Origin: Heteronotia binoei
Taxonomy: Eukaryota
DNA: 64,000 bases
Direction of reading: 5' to 3'
Assembly (NCBI RefSeq): GCF_032191835.1
Contig: NC_083234.1
Location: forward strand, 55,924,001-55,988,000
A program made the translations under genes and the position numbers. This document shows, in pieces, positions 1 through 26,900 of this stretch (within the stretch, counting starts at the first letter, position 1; each line of letters starts with the position of its first letter). The notes below the pieces were generated by a model. The model was not told the origin of the DNA. It was given only the letters and a program-made list of their open reading frames with translations, and searched no databases.

Positions 1-41
1 TTTGGTAAACTGAGGAACCAAGCCAAAGATACTGGTCCACA

Positions 42-13364
<13,323 letters not shown>

Positions 13365-13371
13365 AAAGGCT

Positions 13372-13377
13372 TTTAAT
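13372..13377 (-). terminator. Likely TUBB4B poly(A) signal ATTAAA
   Basis: Plus-strand TTTAAT, ~130 nt past the TUBB4B stop. Confidence 0.55.
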
Positions 13378-13453
13378 GTCTGTACAGCATCAGACAGATG
13401 ACATCAGGAAGCTGGAAGTGCAGAACAAAGAAACCAAGAACAAGGTTGGAATG

Positions 13454-13459
13454 AATAAA
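13454..13459 (+). terminator. Likely CIMIP2A poly(A) signal AATAAA
   Basis: First AATAAA after the TGA at 13362-13364. Confidence 0.65.
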
Positions 13460-13508
13460 GTCCATACAAGCTTTGAACAAAATTTACAGGTGTTAACAGC
13501 CAGCGGTC

Positions 13509-17480
<3,972 letters not shown>

Positions 17481-18028
17481 ACATGACTTTTTTCTTGACA
17501 ACACTGCCACAAACGTGGCCTAGTAACATTTGTCAATTCATACGCATGCCACATTGCTGCACAGCGTTGAATATAAGTGACTGATACAGGAATGTTTATG
17601 TTGTCTAATGATTAGCCAACATAAAAAGATGTCTTCAACCTCACCTTCCCAAAACACTTTTAAAGAATAAACTATATGATTTATTTCCCCTCTCCCAGCA
17701 CTTAGAATTTTCCCATTAGGGTGGTGTCAGGCTAATCAGGCACACTCAGCCTGATCTATCTCCAGTGAGGATAAAATGAAAGGGAAGAATTATATAAATA
17801 ATTGTATTCTCACTGGGGAGTAAGGCAGGGTATTAAGTAAATACACAAGGATAGTTGGGAGCTTAAAGAAGACTATTCCACTGCATCTCCACAAGAGTCC
17901 GAGGGAGGGAGGGGACAGAAAAAACAAGACCTTACCAATCTATCAAAACCCAAACCCAGGTCTCTTCTCTTTCAAAACCTGGCTGAAATTATGCAAACGG
18001 GAATAGAATCATAGGGTTGGAAGGGACC

Positions 18029-18415
18029 TAGGGTTGCCAGGTCTGTATCTGAAGACTTTGCAAGTGGAGCAAGGAGAGGGCAAGGTTTGGGGTGAGGAGG
18101 GACCCCAGCATGTTACAATGCCATAGAGTCCACCCTTTAACAGGGCTGGATCTTGGGGGGGGGAGCAGAGGGGGGTGCTTGCCCCGGGCGCCGACAGGGG
18201 GGTGCCAAATTGGGTATGGAGCCCATAGTATTCTATGGGACCATAAAATATAATGGCCAATAAGGGGGGCCTTTTTATTTTGCCCCCCCCTCAAAAAACA
18301 TGTAGATCCGGTCCTGCCCTTTAAAGCAGCCATTTTCTCCAGGGGAGCTGATCGCTGCAGTGGAGATCAGTCATAAAAGCAGATCTCCAGGTCCTACCTG
18401 GAGGCTGGCAACTAG
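18029..18415. mobile_element. TAGGGTTGCCA-family MITE inside a CR1 3' tail, containing a nested MITE
   Basis: Starts TAGGGTTGCCAGG; CR1-tail sequence ATAGAATCATAGGGTTGGAAGGGACC precedes it and GGGTGATCTAATCCAACCCC follows it. Confidence 0.75.
18141..18316. mobile_element. Nested hAT-type MITE
   Basis: TIRs CAGGGCTGGATCT / AGATCCGGTCCTG, perfect 8-bp TSD CCCTTTAA. Confidence 0.85.
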
Positions 18416-18582
18416 CCAGGGTGATCTAATCCAACCCCCAGCACAATATAGGGAACTCAATACTTTTATTACAGCTCACAGGACTGAGAATGCATGAATA
18501 AAGAATTTTTAGGGTTTTTGCATGGTATACTCAACTTGTCAACAGCCACATCAGCACCATCAATCCATAAGAACATAAGATG

Positions 18583-18838
18583 ATGATGATATTGGATTTA
18601 TATCCCACCCTCCACTCCGAATCTCAGAGTGGCTCACAATCTCCTTTATCTCCCACCCCCACAACAGATATCCTGTGAGGTGGGTGGGGCTGAGAGGACT
18701 CCTTTCAAGGACAACCTCTGCCAGAGCTATGACTGACCTAAGGCCATTCCAACAAGTGTAAGTGGAGGAGTGGGGAATCAAACCCGGTTCTCCCAGAAAA
18801 AAGTCCGCACACTTAACCACTACACCAAACTGGCTCTC
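18583..18838 (-). mobile_element. Same SINE family, antisense
   Basis: Reverse complement of the family consensus, ends ACCACTACACCAAACTGGCTCTC. Confidence 0.8.
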
Positions 18839-19177
18839 TTAAGAGAAGACGTGTTGGATCAGGCCAGTAGTCCATCCCGTCCAACACTGTATCACACAAA
18901 GACAAAAACCCAGAGGCCATCCGAAGGTCTACCAGTAGCCCAAAACTCCAGCTCTCCCAGTTGCTCCCCCGCAAGCACCAAAAATATAAAGCATGACTGC
19001 CCCAAACATAGTATTTCATCTATACATTGTAGCTAACAGACACTGATGAACTTTTGCTCCATGTTTATCCAATCCCCTTTTGAAGTTGTCTATGCTTGTA
19101 GCTGCCACTTCCTGCACCAGTGAATTCCATGTGTTAATTACTCTTTGGGTAAAGAAGTACTTCTTTTTATCTCTTCG

Positions 19178-19385
19178 AGCACAGTCAATTCCGACTCTTT
19201 GTGGCCCCATGGAGAAAGTCACGCCAGGCCTTCCTGTCTTCCACCATCCTCTGAAGTCTGCTCAAATGCGTGTTTGTTACATCAGTAACACTGTCCAGAC
19301 ATCTCATCTTTTGCCGTCCCCTTCTTCTTTTGTCTTCTGTCTTTCCTAGCATCAGGATCTTATCCAGGGAGTGCTCCTTTTTCAT
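19178..19385 (-). mobile_element. BovB (RTE) LINE 3' fragment nested in a CR1 fragment (~18840-19560)
   Basis: Translation SLDKILMLGKTEDKRRRGRQKMRCLDSVTD...MVEDRKAWR..HGATKSR matches the recalled BovB ORF C-terminus (SLEKTLMLGKIEGRRRRGRQRMRWLDGITD...DREAWRAAVHGVAKSR). Confidence 0.85.
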
Positions 19386-19961
19386 TTAATTTCCTTGAGT
19401 GCCCATAAGAGTTTTGGTATTATGTGAAAAGTGAAAAAGTACTTTTTTCCTGTTTTCTCTATCCCATACATAATTTTGTAAACCCCTGTCATGTCACCCC
19501 TCCATTGTCATTTCTCCATGCCTGAAAGCACTAACCTCTTTAGCCTTTCTTTAGCCTTTAACTAAAGAAAGGCTTCACCCTCCAACTTGCATAGCAAAAG
19601 TTTTAAGCTGATGGTCACAGAACATGAGCCAAGACATAAAAAGTCAATTACCTGAACAGGCACCATTTCAAGTTTTGGTATGGAGAGAACAAAGATTTCA
19701 TAGTAGGGATGCAATTGAGCAAGTCCCAACCATCTGATCTCAGCCCTGAATGATAGATATACTGATGTTTCTGGCTTTTGTGTTGCAGTTGGCTGTTTTT
19801 AAAAACCTAATTAAAAACTTGGAAATATACATCTCATCTTCTCCACAATTTTTCATTTTAAAAAAGCATATTTTATGAAAATTTGTTGCAATCCTTTTAT
19901 AATATGACTATACTCATGATAGTATTGTTTATTTCTTTTCCCTCCAAGTGCATCTGGGAAA

Positions 19962-22900
19962 ATGAATAACAGGTATTTTGGAAAGTGCAGTTCCTAAAGG
20001 CACTTGGGGGGGCACACAGGCTACAGTTGTAAGCATTCTAGAAAAAATAAATCTTATGGGAGGAGTGTGTGTGAAACATCTGGGCCTAAATCAGGGGTGT
20101 CAAACATGAGGCCCAGGGGACAGAACCAGCCCATCCAGGGCTCTTGCACAGTCCACAAGCAACAGGTATGTATGGAAATGTATTCCCCCTTTTATGGTAT
20201 CCCTTGGGAAAAGCCTAGTCTTCCATATGCTTAAATACATTTATTGGGGCTTTTGTGGGTTCCCCAGTAAATCAATTGCTTTCACTGCTAGTAATGAATT
20301 GTTTTTGTTTGTATTTGAGTAAAAATTAATATTGCTAATTGGGTTTGCCTGCATCATTTATAAAGTTTATATCTCCGGTACCTGGCATTCCATTCCATGG
20401 CACATATGGCCTGGTCCAATGAAGTGACATTTATATAAGAACCAGCCCTTGAAACAAAGGAGCTTGAGACTCCTGGCCTAATTGGTTATCTGAAGCTGTA
20501 GCACTTTTGTCTTCAAAAGTATGCACATGTAGTCATAGCAACCCAAGAACTAGCACCGAGGGTACTTCCTCATTCATGGTCACTACAAAAACAGACAATC
20601 TGCTGTCCGTAAGAAATATGTAGCATTCTTACAGGGCTCTCAAATGTTCAAAGAACACCTAATACATACACTACCTTATTGCAATCCTTTAAACAGCTCT
20701 AATGCTTCAGTGGGGAGGGCGGGATATAAATTAAATAAATAATGGTCAGTATTATTATGTGCATCCCCTAAAACATTCCTCAAAGTCTGTTCACAACACA
20801 CAGGGGTTATACTCAAGACACACAGATGTTCCTTGAACACATGTACAAAGGATAACCTAAAGACAAAGTCTGAAAGGCACCTGCTTAAAGAGAAAATACA
20901 TAGTACTTTAATGTGAAGGGCTTCTTAAGCATTGTGCTTTAAAGTGAAGGGCTTCTCAGCTTGCTGGAGCTATTCCTTATACAAGAGTTTCCACAGCAAA
21001 CTTTTTGCAGCTTTGCTGGTTGTCTTTGTGGAAATTCCACTTAATTAATTTCTTCATAATGATGTTCTTCAGGTCTGTTGGAATGGGGGACAGGAAAAAA
21101 AATAAATGTGCATTCTTCACCTGCCAACTCCTGCAAGTCCCAAGGAGAAAGACTAATACTTTTCTTCATCACTGGGATTCATCATTAAAAGTGAAGCCAA
21201 GGAGACATACAATGCAGCCCTAGACAAAGTTCCTTCCACTAGAGGCAATGGAGTTAATTGGAGTAAATCTGCATAGGACCACACTATTAAATTCATGTAC
21301 GCTAAAGTGCAATGCTGTATATTCTAATCCATGCCACCCCACCCACCTTGTTCAGCAAACAAAGGTCCTCCAAAATTTGACAAATCAGGCTGCTGCCTAT
21401 CAAAGCTCATGCAGCGATTAATGAAATCGGAGAGTTCTTAGGTTCTGCCTTTTGCTGCTGACTATTCAAACAGGCAGTCTTTTAACTGCTTGGATTTAAC
21501 AATGCTGATCTTACTCTACTCGCAAAGGAACTACATATTTGGAAAAAACTGTGCTTGGGTCTGGCAGCTTTCTCAATCTCGCAAACTACTAACTTGGAAA
21601 AGTTAACAAGTGGGGGAAGGGAAAAGATCTGCTACAGCTCCCTCTCCCATCACTTATTTTCAAGCATTTTAAAGTCACCACGAGGGCTAGAAGCTTTATA
21701 AAAATTAACCTAGATCACACTCCAGATTCTGGGCAGTCAGTAAGACAGAATCTTATAAATGCATCATCCTTTATGATTTGATCTACCCAACTGTTCCTCA
21801 GTCTTGGGAATTGAAGGATCACTTGCTCCACTATGAGTGCACTTGCCAATTAAGATCTTCTTCAGAGGTCCTGCTCAGTATAACCCCAATTTCAGGACTA
21901 AGATGGGTTCCTACAGAGACAAAGACTCCTCTATGGTGGTACTTTGTCCCCAGACCTCTCCCCCCACAGCAATTCACTTGGCCCCTAGCCTATTCGGCTT
22001 TATGTTTCTCAGGTTCCTTTGTCTTCTTTTCCTTTCTTTGATTCTTGGCCTGTTTTTAATGATTATACTGGGTCTCCTTGGCTCCTTCCACACAGCAGTG
22101 ATGCTCTCTACAGTCTTCACTGCCTTTGTGAAGAGAGAGACATTTGCAGTGGCTACTGAATATCCATACAACAGTTTTTTCCACACTACCCCCTACCATC
22201 AGAATGCATTCTTGGACTTAAAAAAGAATAATCAGTAACTGCCATTGCTACTAAATTATAACCAATTGCTGCTTTTTAACCCCCCCCCCCCAAGCCCTCT
22301 GGTTGTGGGGAGGAAATTGGTAGCTGTGGGTTGAAGAAGGAAATGTTACCCACGAGTCGGACCTGAAAAACACACCTCTTCCCATCCACGTGACATACAG
22401 ACATGACCTTTTCCAAAAGTTTATACTAAACCAGGAGTGGCCAAACTGCAGCTCAGGAACCACATGTGGCTCTTTCACACATATTGTGTGCCTCTCAGAG
22501 GTTGAGGCTTATTCTTGAGTAAGTGTGCATAGCATTGAGACCTCAGTCAGCCTCTGAGCGCTGACCCATAGGCAGGCAACTATTTCCACCATATATGAAG
22601 CAGAGAAAGAGGGGGAAATAGGCTTGCAAGCTCTTCTCCTCCACCAGAGATCACCCAGACACCTAGAGTGGGGAAAGAGAATGCAAGAGCCATGGGAGAA
22701 AAGTGAGCACATAAGGTGGCTGTGCTACCAAGTCCACTATTGAGTTTTTAAAAAAAGTGTGTGTGGTATTTGTTCATGTCTTGTAGTTTCAGAAAAAACA
22801 TCTGAAGTTTATTCTTTGTGGCTCTTACATTAAGCAAGTTTGGCCACCCCTGTACTAAACCAAGTTTGAGAAACACTGCAGCAAAGCAGAGAGAAATATG

Positions 22901-23505
22901 GAAGGTGGACCATTAGAGGGGGACAGCATGAGGACACTGCAAAAAAACAAAAACTTGCTCCACTTTAGACACCAAAGTGGAGCAAGAACTCCATGTGGGT
23001 ACATAGCCTCAGAATATTCTTACTGTTGTGCTGGTTTATTGCTATATAAAACAAACCAACAAAGCCCTACAGTCCTGTGATACACTAACTCACCCTTCTG
23101 TTTGCTCCTCCATAGGAAGATTTGAATCAGCCCTAGGAAGTGAAAAAGTAGAGAAGCGTTAAAATAGGGAAAGGATGAGGCTTCTGTTCCTTCTGGCTCT
23201 AGCAGAGGTTTGATGTGACAGGCAGCAGAGATCTATTCCGGGGAGAGAAGAAAAGGTCATTGTGAAGACTCCAATGTGGAGGGTACTGCAATTTAACAAT
23301 CAGTAGAGGGTTCTTTCTCTAGTCTCTTTTCCCTGTCAGTCTTGAAAGCTGTAAAGAAGAGCTGGCAATTCTGCATACCCTTTCTGAACAGCTGGGTATG
23401 AAACATACGGTTGGATCCCACCACTCATCAATGGAACGTGTAGATGGTTGCGAATCTTCCTCCACAAAAATTTATTTCCAGGGTCATGGAATAAATGTGA
23501 CCTAA
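19962..23505 (+). CDS. Candidate small membrane protein with putative coiled coil, 3 exons, 181 aa
   Basis: Exons 19962-19972 (within 24-nt exon 19949-19972; TTTCTTTTCCCTCCAAG / CAG|GTATTT), 21866-22234 (ATCTTCTTCAG / CA|GTAACT), 23340-23505 (TTCTTTCTCTAGTCTCTTTTCCCTGTCAG); all joins phase 2; long hydrophobic stretch LFGFMFLRFLCLLFLSLILGLFLMIILGLLG; AATAAA at 23490-23495. No homolog recognised. Confidence 0.5.
20092..20475. mobile_element. hAT MITE
   Basis: CAGGGGTGTCAAAC ... TTGAGACTCCTG, 8-bp TSD GCCTAAAT / GCCTAATT. Confidence 0.8.
22432..22852. mobile_element. hAT MITE
   Basis: CAGGAGTGGCCAAAC ... GTTTGGCCACCCCTG, perfect 8-bp TSD TACTAAAC. Confidence 0.9.
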
Positions 23506-23513
23506 CAGATGCG

Positions 23514-23812
23514 CAAGAGAGCCCCATGGCGCAGAGTGGTAAAGCTGCAAAACTGCAGTCAAACTCTGCTCACAACCTGAGTTCAATTCCAGCGGAAGCT
23601 GGGTTTGGGTAGCCAGCTCCAGGTTGACTCAGCCTTCCATCCTTCCGAGTTCGGTAAAATGAGGACCTAGCTTGCTGGAGGGAAAGTGTAGATGACTGGG
23701 GAAGGCAATGGCAAACCACCCCGTAAAAAGTCTGCCGTGAAAACGTGAAAGCAACGTCACCCCAGAGTTGAAAATGACTGGTGCTTGCACAGGGGACTAC
23801 CTTTACCTTTTT
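23514..23812 (+). mobile_element. Sauria SINE (Squam1)
   Basis: Head GAGCCCCATGGCGCAGAGTGGTAAAGCTGCA, tail GGGGACTACCTTTACCTTTTT. Confidence 0.9.
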
Positions 23813-23894
23813 AAACAAATGCACTGGTCAGTGGCCTGCAGTGGGGAAGGGGAGAGTAGAACTGTGCTAATGACACTAATTTTATCCATTTCCC

Positions 23895-23955
23895 TCAATC
23901 ACAAGGCTGATAGACCATAGGGGTCTTGCTGTCGTTGGAATAAATTTTCTCATGG
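23895..23955 (-). CDS. Novel TM gene, terminal coding exon (HEKIYSNDSKTPMVYQPCD-stop)
   Basis: Long pyrimidine tract ending TTCTTCTCCAG, phase-2 start, EKIY motif like upstream exons. An AG 13 nt upstream would instead give ILLQP-stop. Confidence 0.65.
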
Positions 23956-26900
23956 CTGGAGAAGAATGCTGAGGAGACGGGAATGCAGGAAAGATCCATG
24001 TTCCTCATGCCTGCAGACCTTGGGATCCAACCACAGTATCATGCCATTATATATATATTTTCAGTTGCTTTGTGGGAATTGGTTAGGTGTAGGTTATGTG
24101 CGGGAAGTTTGCATGTGCACAAGCACACATACACGAAACACTCAGCCCCCAGCCTTGCCAGAAACCTGTGAGCCACTTCCCCACACAGCCTCCAGTTTGG
24201 CTGGACAGCAGAATTTCCACATGTTCACAATTGCCATCAGTCACAGTTTGCCAACTGTGCAAAAGGGCAAATTTTTGTCACTTAATGCCATCAGCCTCCC
24301 TAAGTTTCTGGTATCTACAGAGTCTTACTCTACAGATGGATTCCTAGGGCGAGAGAATCTCTTCTCTACAATCTTATTTCCCCTGCTTACATAGATTCAG
24401 ACTGTGGTCCACCAATATTTGCATATGAATGCTCAGGCTGGGACCTATCAATGCTTGCATACACATGCTCCGGAGAAGGGCTGGAACACAAGGACAGGGG
24501 GAAGGAGAAAGTCTCTCTCTCTCTCTTTTTAACAACAATGCCATCATTGTAAACATAGCAAATATTTAACTATCATCGTAGATATCCCACTACCTTTACA
24601 ACATACACTTCTACATACAAGGATACACAACTCGGTGGGTCTCCAGGTAAATTCCCATTTTGAACAATCCTTCAAAGGCTAGTTCCTAGGAGTTTTAAAG
24701 TTCCTAGTTCCAAAAAGCACTCCATTACAGCAATAGTGCAGAACAACTGTACGAAAACTGTAGCAATTGATAACTGTAGGATAACTTGCACTAGCTTTTT
24801 AAGAGGGCAATGCTCTAAATTTTTGAAGATATAACTCCACACACTCTGAATGTAGTGCAGCGGAGAAAAGATGGACACATGCCAAACAATCAAGCAACAG
24901 CTTTGACAAGCCATAAAATGGCCTATTAAAAAAGTCAGAAGGAAGCCAGCATCCTATAACCAAGCTGTGTCATTTTACTTACAACCCCACCCCCCTACAG
25001 GGTCTGAACAGTCGGTCTTCCACAAAATAATTACCAGGAACAATTATTCAGTCCAAAATCTTTTAAAAATGGGGCATAATTGCCTGAAGAATCCAGTGGT
25101 GAAACATGCAAGAAAGTTCCTGGTCCAGTTCCTGGTCTCTTCAGTAAAAACCACCTCAGGCAGCAGGTGTCTGGGTAAAAAACCCAAAAAACCCCTCTCA
25201 GCATGAGACCCTGGAAAGCCACTATTTGGAAAGACTGTGGCTCAGGGGTTTAGCACTTGCTTGACGTGTAGAAGGTCCTCAGTTCTCTCTTTGGCATCTC
25301 CACTTAAAATGAGGCCATAGCTAGACTCACCGGTTGATAGAAAGTGATCAGAACAGACAATATTGAGTGAGCTGCCCCAATAATGAAGTTTCATCTGAGT
25401 GCTTCTTTTTGCTGGTAGAATGCAACTTTTTGGAGCCCCAAATTACATGCACAGCTGTGCATGATCAAGCACGCAGTGAGATCTTGAGCAGGCTTCTTAA
25501 CAAGACTGCCCCTCATCTTGTTTGCTACACTCACATAGAAAAACGTGGTGACCGTTGCACATCAGCGTAGGCCTTCTCAGGAGTGGATCTGGAATGACAA
25601 GAAACCTATTTCAAGGGCTGAAGGAGCAAAACCCCACCAATGGCAGTCAGAAACAAGACTGGGCCAAGCAAGGTAGTGAGTGGGTGGACAGTGAATTGGG
25701 CATAAACCTGCACAAGAGGAGACTGGCATGTGCACAATGGAGTTTAGTTAAATTCATTACAAAAATCCAGTGGTGGAAGCTCAGCAGCAAAGAACTTGCT
25801 TGGTGTGCAAGAAGTCTCTCCACTAATGAGGCTGTCCAAGACAACAGAAAGCTGCTGGCTATCAGAACAGACAATACTGAGTTAGAGGACCCAATAATGA
25901 AATTTCAGCGGAGTGCTTCTTTTTGCTGGTAGAATGTTAATTTTTGGAGCCACAAATTACATGCACAGCTGTGCACAGCCAAGCAGGCAGTGCACAAGTT
26001 TCTTAGCAAGACTGCTCCTTCATCTTATTTGTCAGACTCACGTAGAAAAAGCTGGTGCTCCTTGCATACTGACATAGGACTTCTCAGGAGTGGATCTGGA
26101 ATGACAAGAAACCAATTTTAAGGGCTGCAGCAGCAAGGCCCCACCAATGGCAATCAGAGCAAGACTGGGTCAAGCAGGAAATTCGCAGACACAAAATTGG
26201 GCACAAATGTGCATGAGAGCACAGTGGCATGTCAATGCTGGAATTTCATTGGATCCATTACAAGAATATAGTGGTAAATACTCAGTGGTAGAGAACCTAT
26301 TTGGTACACAAGGAGGTTCCCAGCTCAGTTCCTGGAGTCTCCAATTAAAAGGATCTCAGGGACACTCCCTGGTATCTCTAATTAAAAAGATCTCAAGAAG
26401 CAAGTGTCTGTGCGTGGGGAAAAACCTCTCTCTCATGAGAACCTGGAAAGATGCTATTTGGAGAGGCTGAAGCTCAGTGGCAGAACGGTTGCTTGATATG
26501 CAGAAAATCCCTGCTTGATCTTTGGCATCTCAACTTAAAATGAGGCTGCAGCAAGACTCTCTGTCCAAGATAACAGAAAACTGCTGGCTATCAGAATAGA
26601 CAATACTGAGTTAGAAGATCCCAACAATGAATAGACAATATTGAGTTAGAAGATCCCAATAATGAAGTTTCAACTGAGTGCTTCTTTTTGCTGGTAGAAT
26701 GTTAATTTCTGGAGCCGCAAATTACATGCACAGTTGTGCACAGTCAAGCAGGCAGTGAACAAGTCTTTCTTAGCAAGACTGCTCCTTCATCTTATTTGTC
26801 ACACTCACGTAGAAAAAGGTGGTGCTGGCTGCATACTGACGTAGGGCTTTGGAGGAGAGGATCTGGAACGACAAGAAACCAATTTTAAGGGCCGCAGAAG

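Noticed and set aside
21974-22186. Basic minus-strand ORF (KERKRRQRNLR)
   Set aside because: Mirror of the T-rich hydrophobic plus-strand exon; no suitable splice sites in phase with the minus gene.
23336-23527. Minus-strand ORF as last exon of the tyrosine-motif gene
   Set aside because: Acceptor is weak and partly SINE-derived; a stronger upstream terminal exon (23895-23955) with a matching EKIY motif exists; the plus strand has the better acceptor.
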